From Hormiphora californensis (taxonomy: Eukaryota; Animalia; Ctenophora), in NCBI GenBank assembly GCA_020137815.1, contig CM035361.1, positions 4,092,001 to 4,156,000 of the forward strand: DNA of 64,000 bases, written 5' to 3'. Within the stretch, counting starts at the first letter, position 1; every line of letters begins with the position of its first letter. Under the pieces are notes generated by a model, which was not told the DNA's origin, made no database searches, and saw nothing but the letters and a program-made list of their open reading frames with translations. Shown here piece after piece: positions 12,101 to 27,100 of the stretch. Made by a program: the position numbers and the translations under genes.

Positions 12101-15100
12101 ATGAACTGTCAGACACAGCCGGTGAGTGAGCTCCCATTGACACTATTTTACATGAACTGTCAGACACAGCCGGTGAGTGAGCCCCCATTGACACTATTTT
12201 ACATGAACTGTCAGACACAGCCGGTGAGTGAGCTCCCATTGACACTATTTTACATGAACTGTCAGACACAGCCGGTGAGTGAGCCCCCATTGACACTATT
12301 TTACACTACCTGACACTATTTTACACTACCTGACACTATTTTAAACTATTTGACACTATTTTACACTACCTGACACAGCCGGTGAGTGAGCCCCGGCCAT
12401 TGACACTATTTTACACTACCTGACACTATTTTACACTACCTGACACTATTTTAAACTATTTTACACTCTTTTACACTACCTGACACAGCCGGTGAGTGAG
12501 CCCCAGCCATTGACACTATTTTACATGAACTGTCAGACACAGCCGGTGAGTGAGCCCACATTGACACTATTTTACATGAACTGTCAGACACAGCCGGTGA
12601 GTGAGCCCCCCATTGACAATATTTTACATGAACTGTCAGACACAGCCGGTGAGTGAGCCCCCTGCATTGACACTATTTTACACTACCTGACACTATTTTA
12701 AACTACCTGACACTACCTGACACTATTTGACACTATTTTACACTACCTGACACTGTGTTACACTATTTGACACTATTTGACACTACTTGACACTATTTTA
12801 AACTATTTGACACTATTTGACACTATTTGACACTATTTGACACTGTGTTACACTATTTAATTCGACGTTTTGAATACAGTTTGACCACAATTGAATCGGT
12901 TATAAATCAAATCTCCTCCTGCAGCTACTCGAGAAGTGGATATTAGCTGGCATGGAGACTTAGTGCGTATAGCTCCACACGTAAAATGGGCCGCTACAAA
13001 CGATCTTGCGATATCTGATCTGACTGTCTATGCTCTACGATCAGGTATAAATCAGTCTCCATGGTAACTGATTCAAATCAGTCTCCATGGTAACTGATTC
13101 AAATCAGACTCCAGTTTGTATATCAGTTTGAAGTCAAACAAGTTTAATATTTAATAAAAATATAATGATATGTACCATTTTCGGAAATGTACATTATTAA
13201 ATGTATATTTACAATTTAATGTATTACTAAAAGACCACAACTCAGTAATTATTATTTATCAACACATTTAAACCCTCCTAGAGGTGATTGGAGTTGGGAG
13301 GGTCATGGGAGAGCACACCTATGAGTATGAATGTGATTTGGAATATAATTCGTACGAAAGCAACGCAGAACCTGCTGTATCGTGGACAATGGATAAGGAA
13401 TTCGTCGCAGAGGTATGTTAGCATTTCGTTCATTTATCTTAGGCTAAAACATTATCAGGCTTGAAGCTACGAAGCCTCACACTTTTGGACATATATGACC
13501 CCCTGGGGCACGTGGAAAATTCCTGTTATTATTATTATCATTATTATTAATTATTATCATTATCATATCCCCATTTCAGTCGACCACGTACAAGTACAAC
13601 CCAGAGAAGCTCATGATGTTTGTTCCAGCCGCTGCCACTGGTACAACAGTAACTGTCACAGCGTCCGATAACGGGAAGGAAAAGAGGTGTTCAGGAGAAC
13701 TTGAACGGGGCCAGACTTTTAGTCGCGGATGGATCCAGAAGTCACCACCAGGTAATAATTGTTGGAGAGGGTATCTAACCATCAGCTTAAAATTAAAACC
13801 TGTTTGATTTCACTATTCACACCAATGGTGTTGGCGGGTGTGACAAGACATCGAAGACACACCTATATTATATATCCTAACCCTACCACACTACTCCTTC
13901 ATAAACACATAAACACCTTCATAAACACATGTATACTACCTCTCTCTCAGCGGAGTGTGTCATCGCTGAGACCTATGTCTATGAGGGCCAGGAGGACGTG
14001 TATGTGGTGTGTACTTGTTACGAGGATGTCCTTCCTACATCATCATGCTCCATCAGCTGGACCCTGCCCACTGCCGTACCCAAAGATGCTTGTAAGTTGA
14101 ATGTTCACTATACTTCAAGGCAGAGTGTTGATATAAATCAGTCCTTGTATGATATTATGCCGCCCATGATATATATAATATCCGACGGAAACTGTGCATG
14201 ATAAAATATTGGCCACGTTTCAGTAATGTACTAATTAATGACTAGGAACCGACCGAAACAAGTAAATCAGCCAATCAGGGACCAGTATTTCCTGATTCAG
14301 TCGGTTCCTGTTAATGACCCATTTATAATGTGTGCAGATTCGGTGATAAGGATTGCATCAAGTGCAGCTTCCTGTGAGGTGTGGTCTAACGATGAGGAAC
14401 TGGATACGATATACGCCAGTGACCAGTCCTATGAGGGAAAATACATGCTTGCATTCCTTCCCTACACTCAGGTATGGACTTGTTTTTTGTTTATTAACCC
14501 GAGTGGGTGAATAAACGCCCACCCATTATAAAAATAAAGTATGTTTTAGCTGCTAAAGCTATCAATAAATCCTCGGGTTTTATACCATAAACCAATCACC
14601 CTACCGCTACATATAAGGGGAAACTCTAACTGAATGCACGCGCAGTAATGGCAGCCCATCAACTGTAAAAATCTAACTGATAATGGGAGCCATCACTCTG
14701 GGCGCGCCATGATTTGCCACATTCTGCTCGTAAAAAAGGCCTTTACGTAGCGCGCGATGACAAACACACGGACATTGTCGCGCGTTCTGTCCATCATTCC
14801 TTCCATCCAGTTAGATTTTTACGGTTGATGGGACGCCATTACTGCGCGTCCATTCAATTAGAGTTTCCCCTTAACCAAGATTTAGACACTCTCGACTCCC
14901 CACAAAATAAACGTGAGCCACACTCACAGGACAATTATAACTATGTTCATACTTTCGTGACTGCCCTAACTAAAAAATGAAAAGAAAAAAACATACACAC
15001 TTGCACGTCACACTTGCACGTGTCACACTTCTGTCGCACTAATTTGGTTTCAAAACAGTCACAATACAGCGGTGGAATGAATTAGACATGTTTGGTATAT

Positions 15101-18100
15101 TTACAGTTATTTGTTAACTAAACAAAGCTCTTTTAGTCTCATGCCGCTGGACAGTCGATTGGATTGATATGTACGGACACCAACGCTGACCCGTGAGTTA
15201 AAAATTTATGTTTGGGATACAAAATGTTGGTGGTAAAAAGGACCACTTTGTACAGGATATCAGTCTGAAAAAGGCGTTTAGAAAAGACTAATACTGCACC
15301 TGGTGAACCTACTAAAGTTTTCATCCCGACGCCCCGGATTATCCAAACCAATTTTATTGTTAGCTATACTAGTTAATCTTACAATAACCTACATGATTTC
15401 ATCTAGGTGGATTGAGATGTCCTACTTTGATAGTAAGGGGACGGAACATTACAGTGGATCCTCTAACTTTGCGTGTACAGGTGGTACTAAACCCTCTGAC
15501 TTTGGTTCAGTGGACGTAAATATCGACAATTACGCGTCCTTGGTAAAACGAGGACAGGCTGACATTGTGACAAGTGAGTGAGAAATACAATAATATAATA
15601 ATATAATAATATGCAATAATAAAATGGAAGTACAGTCGGACCCCGATTTAGTGGCCCCCGATTTAGTGGCACCCCGATTTAGTGGCAGGAATTTTTTCCC
15701 CCAAAAATTTTTTGATTTTTTTTGTGAAATTTTTTTGAAAATTGTTTGTTGGGATGATATCTCCTTCCGGCTTCAATCAATCAGGACAAAATGAAAAATG
15801 AAAAACGGTGTTTTTATTAACGAAAACACCGTTTTTCATTTTGTCCTGATTGATTGAAGCCGGAAGGAGATATCATCCCAACAAACAATTATTATGCGGC
15901 TCATAAACAATTATCCGATACTTATCCTGTGTAACCTGTTTCTTTCTCCTTTTTTGAAAATTTTTTGAAAATTTTTCAAAGGAATACCAGCCACGTCCGA
16001 ATCGTGTTTCGAATCAGTGAATCTTATCGCCTGTCCTGCTGCTGATTAGACGGTTCGGAACGAACCGATACGTGATCCCCATGGGGCCATTGAATCATAA
16101 GTTCACCAAGCGTCAAAATTTCGATTCGATGAGGATCACGTTTCGATTCTTTCCGAACCTTCTAATTAGCAGCAGGACATGCGATAAGATGCAACGATTC
16201 GAAACACGATTCGGACGTGGCTGGTATACCTTTGAAAAACTTTAAAATTTTTTTGCAAAATTTTACAGTACGATTGTCAATGCTTTGATCGGTGTTCCCC
16301 ATAAATTTTGAGAGAAAAAGTTATTTTGAAATTTCCTCACCCGCTTAGGGTGCCCCGATTCGGCATGGTATCACATATCGGTTCGTATCGAACCCGCTAA
16401 TTAGACAGGACATCCAGGAAGCTGCACCGATTCGAAACACAAATCGGACAAGCTGGTATAACACAAAAAGTTATTTATTAGTTTCTTATTTCTAATCAGA
16501 AATGATCATGTCATCAAGACATGAATATTGCATATACAGTCGGACCCCGATTTAACGGCCCCCGATTTAGCGGCACCCCGATTTAACGGCAGGATAAATT
16601 TCCCCCAAAAATTTTTTTTAAATTTTTTTTTGAAAATTTTTTGAAAATTTTTCAAGGGTGTTTCAATCACGTCCGAATCGTGTTTCTAATCGATGCATCT
16701 TATTGCATGTCTTGCCGGTAATTAGACGGTTCGAAACGAACAGATATGTGATCCCCATGAGGCCCATCGAATCGCAATTTTGACGCTTGTTAAACTTAAC
16801 TGGTCCCATGGCCATGGAGATCACGTATCAGTTCGTTTCGAACCGTCTAATTAGCGACAGAATGTGCGATTAGATGCACTGATTAGAAACACGATTCGGA
16901 CGTGGTTGATATACCTTTGAAAAATTTTCATAACTTTTTTTGCAAAATTTTACAGAATGATTGTCAATGCTTTAATCGGTGCTCCCCATAAATTTTCAGA
17001 GAAAAAGATATTTTGAAATTCGAATTCTTCCTCACCCCGCTTAAAGTGCCCCGATTCGGCATGGTATCACGTATCGGTTCGTCTCGAACCGTCTAATTAG
17101 CAGCAAGACATGCGATAAGATGCATTGGTTCGATAAACGATTCGGATGTGGTTGTACCTTAATTTTTATAACTTTTTTTGATTTAAAAAAAATTATTTTC
17201 TTTTTATAATCTGAAATGATCATGTAATCAATACATGGACATTGCATTTAACACTTAGATGTGTTTTAGTATAGCATTTTGGACAAAAATAGGGTTTTAT
17301 GGGCCAAATATGCTCTACCCCGATTTAACGGACACCCCGATTTAACGGACAAAACCCTTTCCCCCGAGGGTGCCGTTAAATCGGGGTCCGACTGTAACAG
17401 TTAGAGGTCTCTTTAGTCTTAGTATAGCATTTTGGGCATAAAATATGTTTTTATGGGTCAAATATGGCTCACCCCGATTTAGTGGCACCCCGATTTAGTG
17501 GCACCCCGACTTAGTGGCAGGATTTCTTTCCCCCGAGGATGCCACTAAATCGGGGTCCGACTGTATCATAAAAATGGATTTTTATATTTACTATTTATAT
17601 TTATACAAGCAAATTCTTTAACATATATTCACTACCAGAAGTTATACCCGTCACCCTATTTTTCAGAAAACCCTGACGCTTTAAAAGTATGGCCTGCCTC
17701 TGGAACTACTGCGTATTGTAGTTATAATAAGGCCGGTGGAATAGGTAATTGTTTGTTGTGTTCTACTACCTCTGTGCTTGTAAGCTGCTCCATAAAGTAA
17801 AACAGAAACTTTTGAAGTAAATACCAAATTAAAGAGTAACCCACACGTTCTCCCCTGCAGATAGTTCAGGGTCAGTTGAAGGGAGTAAGAATGTCATGTT
17901 TACTAACCCTCAATACACGCTCCGCGGATACCAATCTGCCCAGAGAGTCCGTTACGTCAACAGTTTGGACGATCTGGCTGATATCGGTATAACACGTGAT
18001 ACCGTGAAGTATACACCGGTAGCATTCAAGGATTGGCAGAAATTGTCACGTAAGTAAAGATTACTTGACTAGAGAACCCGTCAAGTAGTCGATTACCCCG

Positions 18101-21100
18101 TCGACTACCAAACCAGAAAAATAAGCCATCAACTTTCCCGAGCGCACCCTTGCAAAATTCTCCTGAACTTTAAGCCAATTGTACAGCTCAATTAATGAAA
18201 GTCAGAAAGTGCCTTAATTAATTAATTAATTGAAGTGTCTAACATGTATATTACGTATTTTAGGTCCCACTGTAACCTCTGCGTACAAGACTGAACTGAA
18301 AACTGATACAACGAGAACCGTTACACTATCTTGTACTCTGGTACTCAAGGAATCGCTCACTGTCACAATGAAGTTTTTTGCAGAAGCCTCCCCTACCTCG
18401 AGCCCTAATCCCGCTACTTTATTGGTTAGTGAATAATTAAGTAACTGTACAAGATACCGCCAGTGGTGTCTATCTGAGACCGCTGTTCGTTGTCTTTTTT
18501 AGAGCGAGATTTTTAGTTTTATTTGAAAGATTTGCCTACCTCGATTTATAACGCACCCCAAATTACCGTACAAAATCATTTCTCCCGGACATCTCTGTAT
18601 ATAATACATGTAACGACTAAAACGCCAACAGACAACGGGAGCTGATGCCACAATTGCAGCAACCAGGACTGATGATAAGGTCGTTGGTACGTTGGATGTA
18701 GATTACGGCGCTACAAACAACACCTGGTTCTGGTGTCAGGTTAGTGGGTGGGGTAACCATGGTAACTATGATAACAATGGCTGTATATGTTACCCTAGCT
18801 TGTGTATCATGCGTTATCTTTTTCAGGCTAAGTTCACAGACCCGATAACAGGGGAAGAATACACGTTGCTAAGCGACAAAGAAGTCCCGGAAAGTTTGAC
18901 TCGTGAGTTTTAAAAGATAACACTGCTTGCAGTTATAGGGAGAATACGGTATCTAAATAATACGGTATTATCTGACGGTTTATTAGCTAAACGTCAAAGT
19001 TTCACAGAAAATGAAAGCATTGATTGTACACTCGATTAGCACTTTGCAGGACTCACGCGTGTTGTCCTTCTGATTGGTCACGCTTACGCATCTTCTTACT
19101 TTGAGGAAGTCTTGTTTTCTCCTTCCGGCTGGACAAATGAATAGACGTGGATTTTATTGTAGAATAACGCGTTTATTCTACAATAAAATCCACGTCTACT
19201 CATTTGTCCAGCCGGAAGGAGAAAACAAAACTTCCTCACTGATATGCGGCTAATAAACAATCAACCGATCCTTATTCTCTGTCTTCTTACTTTGTTTCAC
19301 TGATACCGTAATTAACCGATACCGTATTCTCACTACAATGTACAGGCATTATTGTATAATACATTACTTAACCCCACGTCACTACAACGAAGCCCCAAAT
19401 ACATTCATACTTATTATTAGTAGATTAAGATTAATTTTTTTAACTACAATTAGTCAGTTAATTTCAGTTGATCAGTTAATCTCAATTAATTAAGTGCATG
19501 ATTTTAGTTACGGTATCTGCTTTGTCTCCCTACGTTACAAGTTCCTCGCTAGCAGTGTACAAATGTACATGTCATGATGGCGATTCTCCCTGTTCCTCAA
19601 AAGTGGTGAGTAGTAATTATGCTAATTAATTATGTAGTATGTGAATAAATTATATGTTAATTAATCAATTAGTTGTTCGCAATCTTGGGCTAGTCGATCA
19701 ACTTTCGGTATATTATATTTTCAATACTAAATAGTGAAATACATTTGGTTCACAATATATTAATTTTCAGGGTTGGGTCGGCAGCGATGCATCTACCGCT
19801 ATAACAGCCAGCACAACCATAGCAACATGGGCTGAGGCATATGACGACAGCATCATGTCAAAGGTAAAGTAATATACATACATACATGTTCTAGTAGTAT
19901 AGGTCGGACTGCTTAATTCGGCAGTGAGTATGCACTATGCAGTGAATACGCAGAATGAGATTACATATAAGTACATAAGTATTATAGTGGTTATACAATA
20001 ATAGAAATTAGCCGTTTTTCAGTTCTAAAACTTTCAGGGCCGGGGATGAATAAAAAACTAACTTAAAGAAAATTAAATAAATTCTTTATCTAATTTATCT
20101 AACTTCTTTATTTATCAGGCATTTTATGTTGGTTTTGTTTGGGATGGAACTACACTGGATAATGACTACGTTTGCACATACGAAGACTCTACATTCAAAA
20201 TGATCGGGACCATGAAACCCCTACCTGGTCAGTCAATACCCTGTTAAAAAATAATTGAAAATCAGTCAGTGGGTAATTAAAAATAAATAACAGGTATTTG
20301 AAAACTTGTAATTATTTTCCCAGATAACTGGAGGAGTGGATGTCTGGAGACTTCCATGAATTTTAAAGGAGGTGACCTAACTCAGAGTTCGCTCACTGAA
20401 TCTCCCGATATGGAGTCGTGCGCAAGGCTGTGCTACTACACTGACGCATGTAAAACATTCACTTGGGTGAGTTTTAGTTGATAATTACTAATTAATTACT
20501 AATTAATTAATAATTACTAATTACTGAGTTGTAGTACAAACTAGTTGCTAATTCCCAATTTTGTCAAAATTCTCTTTACTGGAGTAGAGGGAAATTATCT
20601 TTCAAGTATGGAGCCATGGAGGGAGAGAGAGGCGATAACACTATATAAACGCTTATATAGAGAGAGTTAAAACAAATGATTCATCCATATTCCATCCAAA
20701 AGTATCATTTTTCTCTGCTGCTACAAATCCGTGTGCAAAAAATCCATTTGGTGTGATTTGCCCCTAAATACTAACTAAGCTGCGACAATATGTTACTACT
20801 ACTACGATACTATGTACTAGTATTTGCCCCTATAGTATAATACTAACTAAGCTGCTACAATATACTACTACGATACTACCTGCAGGTTGATCCAGGGTAT
20901 GTTGACAAGGGTGCTACCGGAGTGTTCTATGAGGGGTGCTATCTGAAGGGTGCTGTTTCTACTGTTACGAAAACTGCGAGTAGTGCTTATTTTACTTCCG
21001 CGGACCTTGAAGATTGTCTTGAACCTCGAGTTGCGGCTTCCAGTAAGATATAATTAATATAATTAATATATACAATACTTGAAATAGTATTTTTAAATTA

Positions 21101-24100
21101 ATCATATTTAAATTTAATACAATTTATGATTTTTACAGCACTGGCTCTTGTTGCGGATGGTGATGATGGAAACAAGTGTACTCTCACCAACACTATAATG
21201 AAATACCTCGATACCTCAGCCCCATCATTGTACATTTACCGAGGTAATAGCTCGATACATACATTAATTTTACATTAAACTATTAATTCAATATTAATTG
21301 TCAATAAGTTTACCAAAAACCTGACCAATAAGTTTGCCAAATACCAAAAAAGACCAATGAGTTTACCGAGTTACCATGATTCACCCTACTACTAGATTCG
21401 TGTATTATACTGAACTATAAGATAAAGGACGCTACTGACGTTATTACGGATACCAAGACGAACGATTGGAAATTCCTGACGATCGAATATTGCATAGCAA
21501 GATGTCTTTCTGAGGCAACTTGTTCATCAGTAAGAAACTAGTGATTCATATTCATATTAATTAATATTAAATGTTAAACACATAAATTGAAATATCTTGT
21601 ACCATCACATTAGATTTATTCCTAAATTCTAGCCGCTAATCTTGGTAGCCATCATGCATTTATACATGTTTGTATGTAGATGTTTGTGTAATGTTTCTAA
21701 TGACACCCCCCCCCCCCCAGGTTACTTGGAAGGTTGACGCATGTACTATGCATACCAATTCATTTTACGACGATTTTGCCACTAAGTTGGTAGCTGAATC
21801 CACGGCACAGTCTGTGGACATGGCCTGTTTAAAAGGTACAGCTTAGTAAAAACAACTTAGTAAAAACACTTTTACCTCTCTCCATGGTCTCCTATCTTCA
21901 CATATTATCCCGTTTACTAAATTTTAGTACATAATACTAAAACTCTCTCCCCGTTTACTAAAACTCTCTCCCTCTTCAGAATTTGGAGATAAGACACTGG
22001 AAATTCAAAGCGACACGAAATACGAACGAACTGATTCCTTCGGGTGGGAAGTTAATGCTCAAACCATTTTCAAATGCATGGTCTTCCACTTTGAGAATTA
22101 TGACAACGAAGCTAAATTTGTTCTGACTGGTAGTGGAGCGCCAGCAGACTCCACCTTCTGGAAAGGTTAGTAATTAGTATTTAGTTAATTAGCATAAATA
22201 GTTAATTAGTAATTAATTATTAGTAGTAATCAATAATGATTCGATTCACTGTTATGACTTTATGGCATGTTTGTAGAATAGGAGCATTTCATGAAAGGCA
22301 ATGATTTACATATTAGGACCATGCCCCGTGCCAGCCATAATTTGACTTGAAAACTACTAATATAATGAATAATAAATTAATTGCAGCTAAGGCAATAGTG
22401 GCAAACTCTATTCCTACGTGGGAAGTGCCCGCTACCGGAACCGTCTACCAATGGAATGTTTACACGCACGATCTGGCCTTCGCTACCACAAAAGATTTGT
22501 GGACATCAAATATGCAGCAGATGGATTGTGTGACATTGAATGATGGAATGGGTAATATAAATCAGTTAAATTATAGCTCAATATATCGTGTCATATAATC
22601 AATTGTACAAATAATTTTTGATTTCTGACCCAGATTAATCTTGTTGAATAAGTAACCCCTTCCTCAACAAGATTATTTCTGAATTTCATGAAATGTGTCT
22701 TGATCTATAACTGATTAGTAAATGTGTAAAACATTGTCATCTTCCAAGTATTCATTTCCTGAAGTGCTATACGTGCCTCACTAACACTACAAAGTTCATT
22801 CCAGTCATAAAAATGATGAACTTTGAGCTAAAAGTCTGGAATTTTAATCAACCTATTTTAGTAGGAGCGCTTAGATCATGCACGTGCAAAAGTTGCACGC
22901 CACCATAAGTTTAGGTTACTGTCAATCCTTTACTTTGCATCGAATCAAAAAATGACCTTCAAGTTTTTTGTAGATCTCGACAAGATCTTTCGAAAACTTG
23001 CGGGTCATTTTTTGATTCGATTCAAAGCAAAGGAGTAACAGTAACCTAAACTTAGGGTGGCGCCTGACTTTTGCACGTGCATGATCTAAGCGCTCCTACT
23101 ATTTATTTGTCCATAGAGTTCATATGCCAAATTTTAGCGCTTTACGATAGCGGGAACCCTACTACTATAAGTATATGGCCTACTAGTCTAGGGGGACAAT
23201 TTTTCTGCCCATCACTGTTATAGTAACACATTATATCATTTTCAGCAAATCCCGGTACAGAAATTTATAAAGTCTGTATAGAGTTTATCGACAAGATTAA
23301 AATAGCCGTGACATCTAACTCAGCAACCTGCAAGGTAAATTAAACAATCTCTGAGGTGACAGCTTTCACTGCGTTACCTGCCACCGAGTTATTATAAGGA
23401 ACTCGGTTAGAGTCTCGCGGCATATTCCGAACCATGTACATGGTTAAAAAACTTGTGCTCAATGTCTGAACACATGCATGTGTTCAGACATTGAGCACAA
23501 GTTTTTTAATATTCCGGGTTTCCCCTTAATCATGCAAAATTAAAACGCGTTCTCTCTCACCCGGATCTCTCTCCTTCAAGAAAGACTTGGAGAACCTGCC
23601 GGACTTCAGTTACAAAGTCTGGAAGATCAGATGGACTTCAGTTTCGACATTTACCCTTCTTTGCAATGACGTGAAGATCATTGACTTTGATTTCGACGAT
23701 GAGACCTGTGATGCTCCAACCAGTGTTCCGAGACGATACTCCTCCTCGTTCACCACCCCTATTACAGCTCCCAAATTATGGCGATTGGAGTTAAAAGGTC
23801 AGAGCCGTGTTTATATTCCCTCTTCTCAAATCAAATCAATACATATTTATATTCTAACCAATTTCCTGGCACATTATTAACGACCCAATGATATCATTTT
23901 ATACCGTTTAACTGTGGATCAATCAAGTTTAATTGTTTTCAGACATTGATACTACGGTAAACACTGTTTCGCCCCTGGTCAAAGGAACCAATTTCAAGAT
24001 TGAATGCATCATCTTCGCTGGTGAAACGGTAATTTAATAAAGAATGCATTAAGATTTGCGAGTGCAGGCCCAGCCGCTCATTAAATTGGGGGCCGATAAA

Positions 24101-27100
24101 TCTGTATTTTACCCGGTATATGTATGTATGTGTATATAGTATAATAGGTATCGGCCTGAATTCCCGCTAATTTTCTACATCGGGGGAAATTTATCCACCC
24201 TGTATAATGTATAAAGTAGATCATGGACCGGTAAACAGGGGTGATCCCACTATAATAATTAATAGTATCTTAACCCAAATTGTTTTTCAGTTCGTTGATA
24301 CTAAAGCCACAATTGAGTTGGACTCAGCTGCAGACTCCACGTTAGTACCCAGTCTAAAGAATTCCAGAATTTCCATCTGGCCACCAAAAATGGCTCAATT
24401 TCCAAAATTATACAATAATACATCCTCAATAAATAGTTTTATGTTGTTATAACATCATATTATAGCTTAGTTGATGAAGGCTCTGTGTGACCCTTATCTT
24501 CCTATATATCAGTGGAACAGCAGCTGCTGACACAACGTTTCGGAGTTACTAATATGGGCGGTATCAAACAACCGCTGGTGAACGCCGCAGCCACCGCCAA
24601 TGCCGGTGCATACGACTGTAAATATGATTCTACCTCTCTTGGCACCCAAACCTACGAACTAATAAGTATGTGATGATATACATGAATGAGATGAGAATGA
24701 GGGAGTTAACCATGTACTACGGTGGCAGATTCCGGCCAAGAGTTTTTTTCAATCAAGTGAAATATTTTTGTTTGAAGTTTTATAAAAATTTTATTTCAAA
24801 ATAAAAATAAACATGTCCTTAAAATTTTTGGCCGGAATCTGCCACGCGAGTGGCAGATTCCGGCCAAGATTCTCAAAAAACCTTGGCCAGAATCTGCCAC
24901 ACACGTGGCAGATTCTGGCCAACCAACTAAAACTTGTTTATATCAAAGCGAAAATCACTGTATCCGACTAATTTTGATACGCTGAATCACGTAAGATACT
25001 TTTCCAATCCCTCAGAGGTCGGGAAAGTGTCATAACTTACCATAATTGGGTCTAATTGACCCCACTTACAACTTTTCACCTTAAAAAGATAGACGCTTAT
25101 GTGAAGGCACTTTTCCGACTAATTTTGATACGCTGAATCACGTAAGCAACTTTTCCAAGTCCTCCGAGGTCGGGAAAATGCCTTAATTGGGTATAATTGG
25201 GTCTAATTAGCCTTAATTGCTCAATTAGGGCACTTTGCCGATCTCTGAGGACTTGGAAAAGTTGTTTACGTGATTCAGCGTATCAAAATTAGTCGGAAAA
25301 GTGCCTTTACATAAGCGTCTATCGTTTTAAGGTGAAAAGTTGTAAGTGGGGTCAATTAGACCCAATTATGGTCAGTTATTACACTTTCCCGACCTCTGAG
25401 GGATTGGAAAAGTATCTTACGTGATTCAGCGTATCAAAATTAGTCGGATACAGTGGTTTTCGCTTTGATATAAACAAGTTTTAGTTGGTTGGCCAGAATC
25501 TGCCACGTGTGTGGCAGATTCTGGCCAAGGTTTTTTGAGAATCTTGGCCGGAATCTGCCACTCGCGTGGCAGATTCCGGCCAATAATTTTATCGACATGT
25601 TTATTTTTATTTTGAAATAAAATTTTTATAAAACTTCAAACAAAAATATTTCACTTGATTGAAAAAACTCTTGGCCGGAATCTGCCACCGTAATGTACAG
25701 CTGTGCAGCTCGTGATGGAGTACAAAATTGAAAAATGAAATGATATCTTGAAATGCCTGTTGAATTTTATTTATTCGTTATTTTCTTGTAACCATGGCAA
25801 CATCGCTGTCAGGTTTCGCAATGGGAAGTGACATCAACACGGGGACAGGTGAAAAGAAGACATTGTCGTGTACCGTCTCTGCTTCTTCGTACAAGTTTTC
25901 ACAGAGCGCAGATACCTACAAGAATCGTCTCCTCATCACAGACTATGGTAATTTTACAACTTTTATCGCTGAAAACTAAGTTTAAATGATTTATCTCCCT
26001 GAAAACTAAGTTTCAATGATTTCTCTCCTAGAGCGGTGCATGTATACTGACAAAGGGTTGGATGCGACTGGTCTCAAAGCCTACAATCACCTGGTATACA
26101 ACATGGCAGTGGATAAGGCATCTACGACGGAGGACATCTACACATGCGGCATGATGTGCAATGAAAACTCGGATTGTGTGGCTTACCAGCAGCAGCAGAC
26201 CACTAACTTGTGTTATCTGTTCTTTGAGACTGTCGATGTGGCAGATTTGGTGGCCAGCACCGAAGATTTTGTTGACATCAACTGCTTGAGAGGTGTGTGC
26301 AAATTATAGCTGTGTGTGTGACTAAATATATATGGGTCTCATGCACACATGTATGTACACATGTATGCACAATCAGTCATAGAGTAATTAAATCATTTAA
26401 ATAGGTGATTAAAGAGTTAGTTTAATAGTAAATTCATTTCAGCTGGTACCTACGGCGAAACCTTGATGAGTGACAATTCAATTACAGTCTACAGGTTAGA
26501 TTGGGTGTTTCCATGACAACCATTTCATGTTTCCATGACAACCAAGTCATGCTTCCATGACAAACATGTCATGTTTCCATGACAACCATTTCATGTTTTC
26601 ATGACAACCACATGTCCTGTTTCCATGACAACCATTTCATGTTTCCATAACAACCAAGTTACCAAGTTACGTTTCAGACATATTGACTCGGATGAGTATC
26701 TGGGAACCCATGATTTCTACTGTATCTCCCTGATCACCCCTTACCAGGGTATTTCTGACGTGAAAACTACTGTTAATGTATTTGGTAAGTTCAGCCTTAA
26801 TTGGGGCATGCAGTGCTCGAGGTTTGTTATGTTCTAACCCTCCTTTACATTTGTAAAGGGCACGCAAAACACAGTCTAGCTAGGCAAGCTCGAGGTGTAA
26901 CCGCAGTCGAACCAAACCAAACAGCCAGTCTTATTGTGTCCCTCTCCTTTCCTGTCTAGCTGTACGTCCTACACAACTATATATTATATCGTACACAATA
27001 GTTCATGTGTTGATTGGACAAGTTAGACTCGCTGGATATTATTGGAAGAAACCAAATATTTCGGTGTATAACACCATCATCAGTAGTAGCTCAAATTAAT

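Larger units (their letters stand above)
15633..17563. mobile_element. Non-autonomous Tc1/mariner(pogo)-like element (outer)
   Basis: TA|CAGTCGGACCCCGATTTAGTGG...CCACTAAATCGGGGTCCGACTG|TA with subterminal repeats. Confidence 0.85.
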
